64,000 nucleotides of DNA from an uncultured Chloroflexia bacterium (GCA_963748625.1 CAVVJT010000010.1:1120001-1184000); one strand, 5' to 3'. Positions 37,010 to 47,657 are shown, counted from the stretch's first letter. The notes: generated by a model not told the origin, from the sequence alone. Numbers and translations: made by a program.

Positions 37010-39892
37010 ATGCCTGCCAAAGCCACCATTTCCTCCACCGATCCTCGAGCCCCCCGCCCTGGTGATGCGAACCTGACCGTCACCCGGGCAGCACGTGTCC
37101 TCGGCGTGCACCCCAACACGGTCCGGGCGTGGAGTGAGGCGGGCCGCCTGCGGTACTACCGCATCAACGAGCGGGGCGACCGGCGGTACCGCCTCATCGA
37201 CCTCCAGCGGTTCCTCACGGCCGCGGAATCCCCAGTCCAGGTATCCGGCTCCGCGCAGCCCCAAGGCCGCCCCGATCGACGGAGCGCCACTCCGCCGATG
37301 CTCGAGGAGACGCCCGCGGGCCTGACGCTGCTCGCGGACCTCGCCGAGGTGGCCTCCTTCCCCAGCGGCCTCGATCCAGCGCTCGACGAGGCATGCCGCC
37401 GCATCCGCACCGCCACCGGGGCCGCCCTCGTCGGCATCTGGGAGCGTCGTCCGGGCGGCCTCGTCCCCAGGGCGACCGACGTCGAAGGCCCGGGCGTCAC
37501 CGCCACCCGCAACATCCCGCTGGCCGCCGGCCTCTTCGCCCAGGCGCTCGAGTCGGAGGTGCCCCTCCACGCCCGCCCCGGATCGAGCGGACCGATGCCC
37601 GTCCTCGGCATGGGGACCGACGAGCTGGTGGTCCGCATCCCGGGCGGTGAAGCGCCGTGGGGCCTCCTGGTCCTCGCGGGCGCCATGCAGCTGGGGCCGG
37701 ACGATGGCAGGCACCTCGCCGATGCCATCGCGCGCACCCTGGGCGTGCTGGTCCGGGGTGCCGGTGCGGCCGAGCAGGCCGCAAGCCGTCTCCGGCGCTC
37801 AGAGGCACTGCGGCGCGTCGCCACCGACCTGGCCTCGCGCCTCGACATCAACGATGTCGTACGCGACCTCTCGGACCACTGCCGCGTGCTCTTCGGCGCC
37901 GACCGCGTGGCCGTCATCCTGCGTGATGCCGAGGGCCGTGTCTCGTCGCCCGGTGGCTCCGGGTTCTCGGACACGTTCCTGTCCACCGCACGGGTGCTGG
38001 AGGAGGCCCACCTCGGCCAGCGCGAGATCCCGTCCCGGCGGCCGACGCCACTGCTGGGCCCGGACGTGCCCCGCTCCACGAGCCCGATGCGCGCCGCAGG
38101 CATCCAGGAGGGGGTGGACAGCCTGCTCATGGCCCCGCTCGTGGACGGACACGACCTGCACGGCGTGCTCTACCTCGCCCACGATCGCCCGCACCGCTGG
38201 CGCGACGTGGACCTCGATGCCGCCGATGCGCTGGCTGGCGACGCCGCGATCGCCGTCCGCTCGGCGCGGACCTTCGGCCGGATGGCGGCTTGGGCGGCCC
38301 AGCTCCAGTCGATCCAGCGCCTGGGGGCACGGCTGTCGGGCTTGTCGGACGTGCGTGAGATCGGCAGCACCATCGCCACCGAGCTGCGCCAGCTCATCAG
38401 CTACGACAACGCCCGGGTCTACCGCGTCTCCGGCCCGTCGCTGGTGCCGGTCGCCATGCAGGGCACGAGCGAGATCTACTCGGCGGAAACCGCCGAGACC
38501 CTCAAGGTCGCGATCGGCGAGGGCATCACGGGGTGGGTCGCCCGCTTCCGGGTCCCGCAGCTGGTGGACGATTCGGCGAGCGATCCGCGTGCGGTCACGA
38601 TCCCCGGGTCCGAGGACGACCTCGACGAGTCCATGCTGCTCGCCCCGATGGTCCACGAGGGCGTGTGCCTGGGCGTGGTGGTGCTGGTGAAGCTGGGCCT
38701 GCGCCAGTTCACCGAGGACGATCTGCGCCTGCTCGTCATCTATGCGTCCTTCGCGGCCCAGGCCATGGCCAACGCCGATGCCACGGCTCGCCTGCGCGAG
38801 CAGTCGTCCACGCTCGAGCGCCAGCTGCGTGCCCAGCGCGAGCTCCTGCGGATCACGGAGTCGATCCTGACCACGCTCGACCAGCGCCAGGTGCTGGAGC
38901 AGATCACCGACCGCCTCGGGACGCTGATCCGGTGCGACAACATCGCGATCGAGGTGGTGGAGCGGGACACGGGGCGTCTCCGCCCGCTCACCGCACGCGG
39001 CGTCCACGCCGATGCCTACATGCAGCCGTGGGAGCCGGGCGAGACGGGCGATCGCCACGTGGGTGGTGGAGCACAACGAGCCGGCCCTGATCGAGGACCA
39101 GGCGGAGGACGCACGGGTCAACCACTTCCGCGAGCTCGGGCCGGCCGAGGGCAGTCTGATCGTGGTCCCGCTGCGCGGTCCGCAGGGCGCAGCCGGCGTG
39201 CTGACCCTGGAGCGCCTCGGGGCGGAGAGCCGGTTCGACCGGGGTGACTTCGACCTCGTCCAGCTGTTCGCGGCCCAGGTGTCGATCGCGCTGCGCAACG
39301 CCGAGACGTTCGAGGCGGCCGAGGTCCGCGCCCGCACCGACGACCTCACCGGCCTGCTCAACCACGGCACCTTCCACGACATGCTCCGGCGGAGCGTCGC
39401 GAACCACGAGGCGTTCGGCATCGTGATGATCGACCTCGACGAGTTCAAGGCGATCAACGACACGCTCGGTCACCAGGCCGGCGACCGGCATGCTGCGCGA
39501 GATCGCGCATGCGATCCAGGGTGCCGCCCGCGACACCGACGCCGCGTTCCGCTACGGCGGCGACGAGTTCGCGGTGCTGCTGCCACACAGCGATGCCCGC
39601 GGCCTCCACCCCGTCGCCGAACGCATCCGCGCGTCGGTCGAGGCGGTCGGCGCAGCCGGCTCACCGTGGGCCAGGGAGGGCGTCAGCGTCTCGGCGTCGA
39701 TCGGCACCGCCTCCTACCCGATCGACGGTGACACGCCGGAGGCGGTGCTGCTCGCGGCGGACCGGGCATGCTTCGTGGCCAAGCGGCGCGGCCGCGGGCC
39801 GGGTGGCGACGGCGTCGGAGGGACTCGCCCTGGCGGCCGAGTTCACGCTGTCCGAGCCCACCCCGGTGGACCCGCCGACCGTCAGCGCGTAG
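37010..39892 (+). CDS. HTH (MerR/excisionase-like)-multi-GAF-GGDEF diguanylate cyclase (frameshifts near 39050, 39489, 39797)
   Basis: AARVLGVHPNTVRAW...GDRRY HTH; about four GAF-like domains; DDLTGLLN, DLDEFKAINDTLGH.AGD and RDTD.....GGDEF across consecutive frames. Confidence 0.85.
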
Positions 39893-39924
39893 GGTGGTCG
39901 CGGCGCCCCCGGAACAAGCACGGG

Positions 39925-39996
39925 CCCTCGGGCGTCCACGATCCCGGGTGCACGCGCGGCCCCTCGGGCGACCACGATCCCGGGCGCACGCGCGGC
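39925..39996. repeat. 36-bp tandem repeat x2
   Basis: CCCTCGGGCGWCCACGATCCCGGGYGCACGCGCGGC twice. Confidence 0.85.
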
Positions 39997-40028
39997 CCAG
40001 CGCCGTCGCCCACTGCTCGGAGTACCGC

Positions 40029-40540
40029 GTGCCTTCGTCGTCCCGGACAACCGCCCGCCCCCGTCGCCCGGCCGCCATCGCGCTCGTGTGCCTCGCCCTC
40101 GCGGTCGTCGCTGGGGCCTGCCTGCCGGCCGCGATCCGGCCGACCCCCACACCCGTGGTCACGCCCACCCCGCAGCCGACCGTGCCGCCGCCCACGCCCA
40201 CGCCCGGGCCCGCCCACGCCGACGCCCGGGCCCCGAGTTCGTGCAGCACAAGGTCGTCCGCGGCGACACGCTGACCTCGCTCGCCCGCAAGTACAAGACC
40301 AACGGGCCGCTCGATCGCGTACTGGAATCGCGACGAGTATCCGTCGCTCGATCCCGAGTCGCCGGGCTACGCGCCCGGACAACCTCAAGCGGGGATGGGT
40401 GCTGCAGGATCCTGCCGGGCGAGGAGTACTCGCCCCCGCCCGACGACGGCGAGACGGACGAGGAGGTCACGCCGGAGCCCGAGGAGGACTTCGAGACCGA
40501 GGCGCCGTCGGCCGACGGGGAGGCGAGCCCGGAGGCGTAG
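40029..40540 (+). CDS. LysM-domain lipoprotein (multiple frameshifts)
   Basis: Lipobox VAGAC, PT-rich linker, HKVVRGDTLTSLARKY, acidic tail; pieces lie in different frames. Confidence 0.65.
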
Positions 40541-40579
40541 TCCGGAGGCGACGCTGCGGAGGCGGAAAGCCTGGCCCCA

Positions 40580-40680
40580 GTGCCGTCCCGGCCGGCGGGC
40601 GTACGTGCCGCCGGCCGGCCGTACGTGCCGTCCCGGCCGGCGGGCCGTACGTGCCGTCCCGGCCGGCGGGCCGTACGTGC
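40580..40680. repeat. About 26-bp imperfect tandem repeat x4
   Basis: Unit GTGCCGTCCCGGCCGGCGGGCCGTAC. Confidence 0.85.
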
Positions 40681-40816
40681 AGAATCTCGCACAGCACTGC
40701 CGCTGGACGGTTGTCGATGCCCTAAAGCGCCCGATTCGGGGGTGGTCTGCCCGCCCTGCGGCACAAACGTGCGGAATCCTGCACACAGGGCCCGCTGGGC
40801 GGGTGGACGGGGTGGG

Positions 40817-40946
40817 CGGCAGCCGTGCGTGGCCAGCGGGCGGGCCCCTCGGCCGGCAGCCGCGTGGCCAGCGGGCGGGCTCGCTCGGCCGGCAGCCGCG
40901 TGGCCAGCGGGCGGGCTCGCTCGGCCCGCAGCCGCGTGGCCAGCGG
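40817..40946. repeat. About 36-bp imperfect tandem repeat x3.5
   Basis: Unit GGCAGCCGCGTGGCCAGCGGGCGGGCTCGCTCGGCC. Confidence 0.85.
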
Positions 40947-41019
40947 GGCGGCAGCGCAGCCGGGACGTGCGGGTGCGTCGTCGGAGGCGTCGTCGCGCCC
41001 GACCGCTATCCTCTCGGCC

Positions 41020-41772
41020 ATGACCATCCGCGCACCCCGCATCGTCGTAACGCTCGCGGTGCCCACGCGTGACCCCCAGCCCGCGCTTGCGGCCCGGAAG
41101 AACGCGCTGTACGTGGACTCGGTGGTGCGTCACGGCGCGACCGCGATCCCCCTGGACGCGACCACATCGGCGGCCGATCGCGCGGGCGCCTTCGCCTCGA
41201 TGGACGGGCTGCTGATCTCGGGCGGGACGGACCTCGCCCCGACGCTGTACGGCGAGCCGGACGCGGGCTCCCGCAGCGTGGAACACGACCGCGACCATCT
41301 CGAGCGCGAGGCCTACGACGTCGCCGACCGGCGCAGCCTGCCGATCCTCGGGATCTGCCGCGGGCTGCAGGCGATGAACGTGTTCGGCGGCGGGCGCCTG
41401 GTGCAGCACCTCGACGGCCACAGCGGCCCCGGCTGGGGCAACGGGCACGCGCACACGCACCCGATCCGGGTGGTGCCGGGGACGAGGTTCGCGGGGATCG
41501 TCGCCTCGATGGGCTCCGGGGCCGACGTGCTGCACGTGAACAGCTACCACCACCAGGGCGTGACCGAGGAGCACCTGGCGCCGGGGTTCGTCGCGGCGGC
41601 CTGGGCGCACAGCCCGATCGGGGACCTGGTCGAGGCGCTCGAGGCGCCCGACGGGCCGTTCAGGATCGGGGTGCAGTGCCATCCCGAGCGGACGGAGTCG
41701 TCGCCGCGCGAGATGGAGCGGCTGTTCGCGTCGTTCGTCGCGGCCTGCCGGGAGCCGCTGGCCGGCCGCTGA
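41020..41772 (+). CDS. Gamma-glutamyl-gamma-aminobutyrate hydrolase family (peptidase C26, PuuD-like)
   Basis: DGLLISGG.D, GICRGLQ, VNSYHHQG and GVQCHPE motifs. Confidence 0.92.
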   Translation: MTIRAPRIVVTLAVPTRDPQPALAARKNALYVDSVVRHGATAIPLDATTSAADRAGAFASMDGLLISGGTDLAPTLYGEPDAGSRSVEHDRDHLEREAYDVADRRSLPILGICRGLQAMNVFGGGRLVQHLDGHSGPGWGNGHAHTHPIRVVPGTRFAGIVASMGSGADVLHVNSYHHQGVTEEHLAPGFVAAAWAHSPIGDLVEALEAPDGPFRIGVQCHPERTESSPREMERLFASFVAACREPLAGR

Positions 41773-41886
41773 GTTGCCCGACGGCCGCTGAGTTGCCCGA
41801 CGGCCGCTGAGTTGCCCGACGGCCGCTGAGTTGCCCGACGGCCGCTGAGTTGCCCGACGGCCGCTGAGTTGCCCGACGGCCGCTGA
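41763..41886. repeat. 19-bp perfect tandem repeat x6.5 that includes the upstream gene's stop codon
   Basis: Unit CGGCCGCTGAGTTGCCCGA, no spacers. Confidence 0.97.
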
Positions 41887-41901
41887 ACCGCTCTCCGCCG
41901 G

Positions 41902-42009
41902 CCGGTCGCCCACCGCCGCCCGGTCGCCCACCGCCGCCCGGTCGCCCACCGCCGCCCGGTCGCCCACCGCCGCCCGGTCGCCCACCGCCGCCCGGTCGCC
42001 CATCGCCGC
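41902..42009. repeat. 18-bp tandem repeat x6
   Basis: Unit CCGGTCGCCCACCGCCGC. Confidence 0.97.
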
Positions 42010-42032
42010 CCAACCCTGGGCTCGTGCGTGGA

Positions 42033-42163
42033 AGTCAACGGAAGTCCGCAAACGGGTCGTCCGCCAGCCTGGATCCGGGGCTCTGTTGCGCTGCGGTCAG
42101 CGAATGCCCGCAAACAGGCCGGGGCAGCCCGAATCGCGTCGCCGATACGGGGTTCCGTTGACT
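42033..42163. repeat. Intergenic element bounded by 11-bp inverted repeats
   Basis: AGTCAACGGAA (42033-42043) and TTCCGTTGACT (42153-42163). Confidence 0.55.
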
Positions 42164-42177
42164 GTGGCGCACATCCC

Positions 42178-42272
42178 GCGGGGCTCGGGGCTCGGGGCTC
42201 GGGCGCGGGGCTCGGGGTCGCTCGGCGCGGGGCTCGGGGCTCGGGCGCGGGGCTCGGGGCTCGGGCGCGGGC
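42178..42272. repeat. G-rich GGGGCTC-based tandem repeat
   Basis: Many GGGGCTC and GGGCGC units. Confidence 0.85.
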
Positions 42273-42309
42273 GCAGGGCTGGTAGCCGCGCCGATGAGCG
42301 AGGAGGCCG

Positions 42310-43074
42310 CTAGAGCCGGCCCGCCTCGATGATCCGGTTCAGGAACTGGCGGGTCCGGGCCTCAGCGGGGTTCGAGAAGATCTGAGCAGGACTCCCCTGC
42401 TCCAGGATCCGCCCTGCATCGAGGAAGCAGACCCGGCTGGCAACCTCCCGGGCGAAGCCCATCTCGTGGGTGGCGATGAGCATCGTCATACCGCCGTCCG
42501 CCAGCTCGCGGACCAGGCTGAGCACCTCCGCCACGAGCTCGGGATCAAGCGCGGACGTGATCTCGTCGAGGAGCAGCAGGTCCGGCTCCATCGCCAGCGC
42601 CCGCACGATCGCCACCCGTTGCTGCTGGCCGCCCGAGAGCTGGTCCGGACGGGCGCCCGCCTTGTCGGCCAGGCCGAACCGCTCGAGCAGGGCGACGCCC
42701 GCCGCCTCGGCGTCGGACCGGGAGCGCTTGAGAACCTTGCGCGGGGCGAGCGTCACGTTGTCCAGCACGCTCATATGCGGGAACAGGTTGAACGCCTGGA
42801 ACACGATCCCGATCCGGCGGCGGATCCGGTTCACGTCCACACCCCGGGCCGTGATCTCCTCGCCCTCGATGAGGATCCGGCCCGCGTCGATCGGCTCGAT
42901 CAGGTTGATGCAGCGCAGGAGCGTGGACTTGCCGCTGCCCGACGCGCCGATGAGCGCGATGACCTCGTGCTCGGCCACCTCGAGGTCGATGCCGCGCAGG
43001 ACCTCGAGCTCCCCGAAGGCCTTGTGGAGGCCGTGGATCGACAGGGCGGGCCCGTCCTCGCTGCTGCCGGTCAC
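42310..43074 (-). CDS. Polar amino acid ABC transporter ATP-binding protein
   Basis: GASGSGKST, LSGGQQQRVAI, LLDEITSALDPE and THEMGFA motifs. Confidence 0.95.
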   Translation of the reverse strand: MTGSSEDGPALSIHGLHKAFGELEVLRGIDLEVAEHEVIALIGASGSGKSTLLRCINLIEPIDAGRILIEGEEITARGVDVNRIRRRIGIVFQAFNLFPHMSVLDNVTLAPRKVLKRSRSDAEAAGVALLERFGLADKAGARPDQLSGGQQQRVAIVRALAMEPDLLLLDEITSALDPELVAEVLSLVRELADGGMTMLIATHEMGFAREVASRVCFLDAGRILEQGSPAQIFSNPAEARTRQFLNRIIEAGRL

Positions 43075-44024
43075 GGCACGCCCCCCGCGCCGGCGCCCCC
43101 GCGACCCCGGCCCCAGCCGCCCAGCGTCAGGCCGCTCCGGTTGCCGCGCGCCACCTGCCCCTGGCCCTTGCGTTGTTCGCGGGCGATCAGCCAGTCCGTG
43201 AACCGCGCCAGCGGGATCGTGATCACCAGGAAGATCAGCGCGGTGACCACGTAGGGTGTGAAGTTGAACTTGGCCGCCGAGATGATCTGCGTCTGCTTGA
43301 ACACCTCGACAAGGCCGATGTACGAGACCAGCACCGTGTCCTTCTGCAGGCCGATGAAGTCGTTGAGGAGCGGCGGAATCACGCGCCGGATGGCCTGCGG
43401 CACGATCACGTGGCGCATCGTCTGTACCTGGGAGAGTCCCAGGGAGCGCGCGGCAGCAGACTGGCTGCCGTGGACCGACTCGATCCCTGCCCGGTACACC
43501 TCGGACACGTACGCCGAGTACACGAGTGTGAGCACGACGATCGCCCAGAAGAACTCGTCCTTGGGCACGCCCGGGATGCGCAGGGCGGGCATGCCCAGGC
43601 CCAGGGCCAGGATGATGAGGATCCCCGGGATCGCCCGGAAGATGTCCACGTAGAGCGTGGCCATGATCCGGAAAGGCGTGAAGACGGGGCCCGGAAGGCT
43701 GCGCAGGACCGCGAGCAGCAGGCCGAAGGTGAGGATCAGCACCTCGGCGATGAGGAACAGCTGGACGTTGGTCCAGAACTTCGAGACCAGCTTGGGGACT
43801 GAGTACCAGAAGATCTCAGGGTTGAGGAACGCCTCCTGGACTCGCGGCCAGCCCTCGGAGTTGACGATGACGTAGCCGAGCAGGCCGAAGACGACGACCG
43901 TGGAGACGAGGGCGATCGCTATCGAGCGACCGCCCTCCCCGCCAGTCCCGAACCGGGGCCCCCGCATGGCGCGGGGCGACGGCGCCGACCCCATGGCCGT
44001 GCCGGGGGACCCGTCGGGATCCAT
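43071..44024 (-). CDS. Polar amino acid ABC transporter permease
   Basis: SAYVSEVYRAGI, AARSLGL, PQAIRRVIPPL and KDT motifs. Confidence 0.93.
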   Translation of the reverse strand: MDPDGSPGTAMGSAPSPRAMRGPRFGTGGEGGRSIAIALVSTVVVFGLLGYVIVNSEGWPRVQEAFLNPEIFWYSVPKLVSKFWTNVQLFLIAEVLILTFGLLLAVLRSLPGPVFTPFRIMATLYVDIFRAIPGILIILALGLGMPALRIPGVPKDEFFWAIVVLTLVYSAYVSEVYRAGIESVHGSQSAAARSLGLSQVQTMRHVIVPQAIRRVIPPLLNDFIGLQKDTVLVSYIGLVEVFKQTQIISAAKFNFTPYVVTALIFLVITIPLARFTDWLIAREQRKGQGQVARGNRSGLTLGGWGRGRGGAGAGGVP

Positions 44025-44054
44025 CGTTCAGTCAGGCCCGCGGGCGGCCGGATG

Positions 44055-45019
44055 TCAGGGCTGGTAGACCGGGGCCTCGACGTTGTCAGACATCTCCGCC
44101 TGGGTGATGCGGTCGAGCTCGCCCGATGACTTGAGCTTGGCGACGGCCTCGTTCACGCATGCGGTGAGCGGGCTGTCCTTGTCCAGGACGACGCTGAAGT
44201 GCTCGCCGCCCTCGGGGGCCGGGAACTGGCCCACGACCTTGCCCTCGGGGAACTGCACGGCAGTGATGAACAGGGCGGTGGGCAGGTCCACCACGAGCCC
44301 GTCGATCTGGCCGTTCTTGAGGGCCTCGACCGCCTGGTCGTTGGTGTCGTAGACCTTGGCATCCTTGGACGGGGCGATCGTGCCCTCGATCAGGGCGAGG
44401 CTGGTGGTGCCGATCTGGGCGCCGAACTGGAAGTCCTTGAGCCCGGAGATGGTCGTGACGCCGGCGAGAGGGCCGTCGGCGGCGGCCACAACCGCTTGCG
44501 CGACGTCGTAGTAGCCGTCGGACAGGTCGACCGCCTGGGCGCGCTCGTCGCTGTAGCTGACCTGGGTCAGGTAGATGTCGAAGTCCTTGGGGCCCGGCCC
44601 GATCGCGTTGGTGAACGGGACCGCCACCCAATCGACGGTGTCGCCGACGAAGCCGAGGTTGCGGGCGATGTTCCACGCGACCTTGCCCTCGAAGCCCTGG
44701 CGGTTGGTCGGGTCACCCAGCTCCCAGGGGTCGGTGGCCGGATCGGACGGCTGGTAGTACGGCGGGTAGGCCGGGTTGTCGGCGCCGATGGTGAGCCTGC
44801 CTGCCGTCTTGGTGGCCAGGTTGGCCGGGATGCAGGCAGCCGACGTGTCGAGCGTGGCGGCCGCGGTCGGGGCCTCTGTGGGCGGCCGTCGTGGCCGCGG
44901 GCGCCTCGGTGGCGGCCGGGGCGCTCGGTGGCGGGAGCGGTGGTGGCCGTGCCACCGGTGCAGGCGGCCGCGAACAGGGCCGCGAGGGCGAGGGCGGTGA
45001 TGCCCTTGGCAGTGCGCAT
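44055..45019 (-). CDS. Amino acid ABC substrate-binding lipoprotein (frameshift in the Ala/Pro/Thr linker, about 44880-44925)
   Basis: GAGGAGG RBS; MRTAK...FAAAC lipobox; SBP family 3 domain (PAYPPY, VDLSDGYY, GAQIGTTS). Confidence 0.88.
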
Positions 45020-45085
45020 GTGTGTCCTCCTCAGGATTGCGGCGTGAAGTGTACCGGGCGCCACACGCACCGATCCCAACAACGG

Positions 45086-45160
45086 CCGAAGCGACGCCGG
45101 GAGGAGGACGGCGTCGCTTCGGAGGGTCTGCCGGTTCGGGCGGGAGGAGGGAGGACCGCC
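45086..45160 (-). ncRNA. Candidate small RNA with two anti-Shine-Dalgarno (UCCUCC) hairpin loops
   Basis: GGCGG-TCCTCCCTCCTC-CCGCC and CCGAAGCGACGCCG-TCCTCCTCC-CGGCGTCGCTTCGG on the minus strand; strand uncertain. Confidence 0.5.
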
Positions 45161-45352
45161 GTCGCCGGACCTTGTTCAGGTTGGTCCCGCACCGTGGTGC
45201 GTTGACACAACTGTGGGGTTCCATCGTCCGGGGTGGCACTACCCACAAGTCCTATGGCACCGGGTACTTTGCGGACGCCCCGAGCGGGGTCCCGGCTCGT
45301 TCCCCTGCCGGGTCCAGATGTCGCCTGCCGGGGTGCTCGGTAGACTCCCCCT

Positions 45353-46538
45353 GTGCGCGTGCGGACGATCGAGCTCCGGATCCTGGGGGTGGCGCTGGCC
45401 GGCCTCTGGTTCGTCGCGTTCGCCCTGGTGATGGTCGGGTACCGGCCGGGCGGACCCGCCGACATCCTCGTGGGGCTCATGGCCCTCGGCCCGCTCGTGG
45501 TGGCGCTCGCCGCCATCCGCTGGCCGCCCGTGGCGCGCGGCACCTATCCCGTCATCGCCATCGCCTGGCTCGCGCTGGGCGCCGTCCTGCTCCTGGTCCC
45601 ATCGATCGGCGGGCTCGTCGCCCAGCTCACCGGCAATGGGCCGCAGACCCTCCTGCCGTCGATCGAGGCCGCCTACCCGTGGATCCTCGCGCTGCTCGCC
45701 ACCGGCATGTTCGCCGGCCTCGGCATCGCACGGCGCCGGCTGGGCGAGACGTCGCTGCGGCGCCGGCGCCTGGGCCTGGGCGCGGGCATCGGCGTGCTGC
45801 TCGCGGTCCTCGCCGGGTCGCGGGTTCGCGGCAGCGGCCATCGGCAACGAGCTCGCCCTCGCCGACCGGCCCGCGATCGCCTCGCGCTTCGGGCCCACGG
45901 ACCCGTCCCTGGATCCGCCGCCCTGTTCGGGCGCCGTGTCGATCGGCTCGACGGCGCGCGTCAAGCTCGTGATGGACTCCTCGATCGACGGGCGGTACGC
46001 GGGCTCAGTGCGGCTCGAGGGCATCCGGGACGGCGCCGACGTGGCCTGGACCGGGTTCGCGGCATCCCGGACAACCCTCGGCCAGCACGGACTGGTGCGC
46101 CTCGCGGGGACGGTGTGGGAGCAGCAACCCGGCACCCAGTGGGACCGCAGCGAGACGTTCCGCGGCGACGGCCAGGACCTCGACCGCCAGCTCGGCCTCG
46201 TCGCGCTCCAGGCGGCCAACCGGACGGCCGCCGAGGACCGCGGCCTCGCCTTCATCGAGGGGGCGCGTGCCCGCCACTGCCGGATCGCACTGGACGGTGC
46301 CACCCTCCGGTCCGCTCTGCCCCAGATCTCGCTGCTGGTCGGGACCACGGATGTGCGCCTCTGGCGTGGCTACCTGGACTTCTGGATCTTCGCCGACGGC
46401 CAGCTGGGGCAGGCCGACGGCAGGATCGAGGGCCCGGCGGCCGATCTCGACCCCGACGCGCTGCTGGCCGACATCCGCTTCCGCATGCTGGCGATCGACC
46501 GCGGCCTGCCGGTCACGGTGATGGCCCCGGCGCGATGA
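45353..46538 (+). CDS. Hypothetical membrane protein, about 5 TM plus soluble domain (frameshift near 45820)
   Basis: Leaderless GTG after TAGACT; TM-rich N-terminus continues in another frame as FAAAAIGNELAL... Confidence 0.7.
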
Positions 46539-46654
46539 CGGCGCCGGCCCCCGCGATGACGGAGCCGGCCCCGGCGACGGTGACCCGGAGTGGCGGCCCC
46601 CGCGCGGTGATCGCGAACGGGCATCATGCACATGAGGACGAGGAGGGACGCCGC

Positions 46655-47657
46655 ATGACAGACGAGATGCCGGGCGATGTGCGCGCGAAGCAGGACCGGA
46701 CTGCGCGCCTGCTGAACACCGTCGCGATCCTGCAGGGGTACGGCGAGGCCGGCGTGACCCCCAACGAGATCGCCGCCCGCACCGGCGTCGCCCGCCGGAC
46801 CGTCTACCGCGACCTGCAGCGCCATCGAGGGCGAGCTGCAGCTCTCGGTCTGGGCAAAGGGCGGGCGCTGGGGCGTCAACGACGAGAACTGGCTGCCGCC
46901 GCTCAAGCTCACGCTGCCCGAGGCGCTGGCGGTGTTCCTCTCGGCGCGGCTGGTCGGGCGGTTCATGGACCGCAACGACCCGACGCTGGCCTCGGCGTTC
47001 ACCAAGCTCGAGCGGGCCGTGCCCAACAAGGCGCTCGCGGCAGCGATCGAGGGCACGGTGCGGGAGATGGCGGCCCGGCCGCTGGACGCCGCGTCCGCAC
47101 GCACGCTCGAGGACCTCACGCGCGCCTGGGCGGCGCGGCGCGAGGTGGAGTTCGACTACGCGCCCGCGTTGTACGGGGCCGCCGAGCGCCCCGTGGAGCG
47201 GCGTCATGTCCGGCCCTACCAGTTGGAGCCGTCCCTCGCCACCCGCGCGCTGTACCTCATCGGGCACGACGTCGGCCGCGGCGCGACGCGGACGTTCAAG
47301 GTCGAACGCATCAGCAACCTCGTGCTGCGGCCACAGACGTTCAACGAGCCCGAGGCGGATGTCCTCGACCGGCTGCGCGGAGCCTGGGACATCATCGCCG
47401 ACCAGCCCGGCGCCGAGGTGGTGCTGCGCTTTGCGCCGACGGTCGCGGCCCGCGTGATGGAGGCGACCTGGCATCCGACCCAGGAGCTCGACGAGCTGCC
47501 CGACGGCTCGCTGGAGTGGCGCGCGACGGTGTCGGGTACGGTCGAGATCAAGCTCTGGATCCTGTCCTGGGGCGCCGACGTGGAGGTGGTTGCACCGGCC
47601 GCGCTCCGCGACGAGGTGGCGGACACGCTGCGGATGGCCGCTTCCCAGTACGAATGA
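46655..47657 (+). CDS. HTH-WYL domain transcriptional regulator (PafBC/DriD-like; frameshift near 46820)
   Basis: GVARRTVYRDL HTH, LPPLKLT..EA, R.VRPY.L, LYLIG, RTFKVERI, WHPTQ and WILSWG..VEVVAP..LR. Confidence 0.88.

Noticed and set aside
37010-37230. Prophage or ICE excisionase
   Set aside because: The HTH is in frame with the GAF domains, and no integrase or phage genes are adjacent
41763-42009. Possible CRISPR array
   Set aside because: The repeats are head-to-tail with no unique spacers, and no cas genes are in the window
40159-42051. 630-aa minus-strand ORF with repeated peptides
   Set aside because: It translates tandem repeats and the antisense of real genes; no RBS or domain signal
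42178-42272. Functional G-quadruplex
   Set aside because: G-runs are expected in this GC-rich repeat; nothing in the sequence supports function
45123-45330. 6S RNA or c-di-GMP-I riboswitch
   Set aside because: Only fragmentary resemblance (GCAAAG, CCAACCTG); I could not fit the length or conserved architecture
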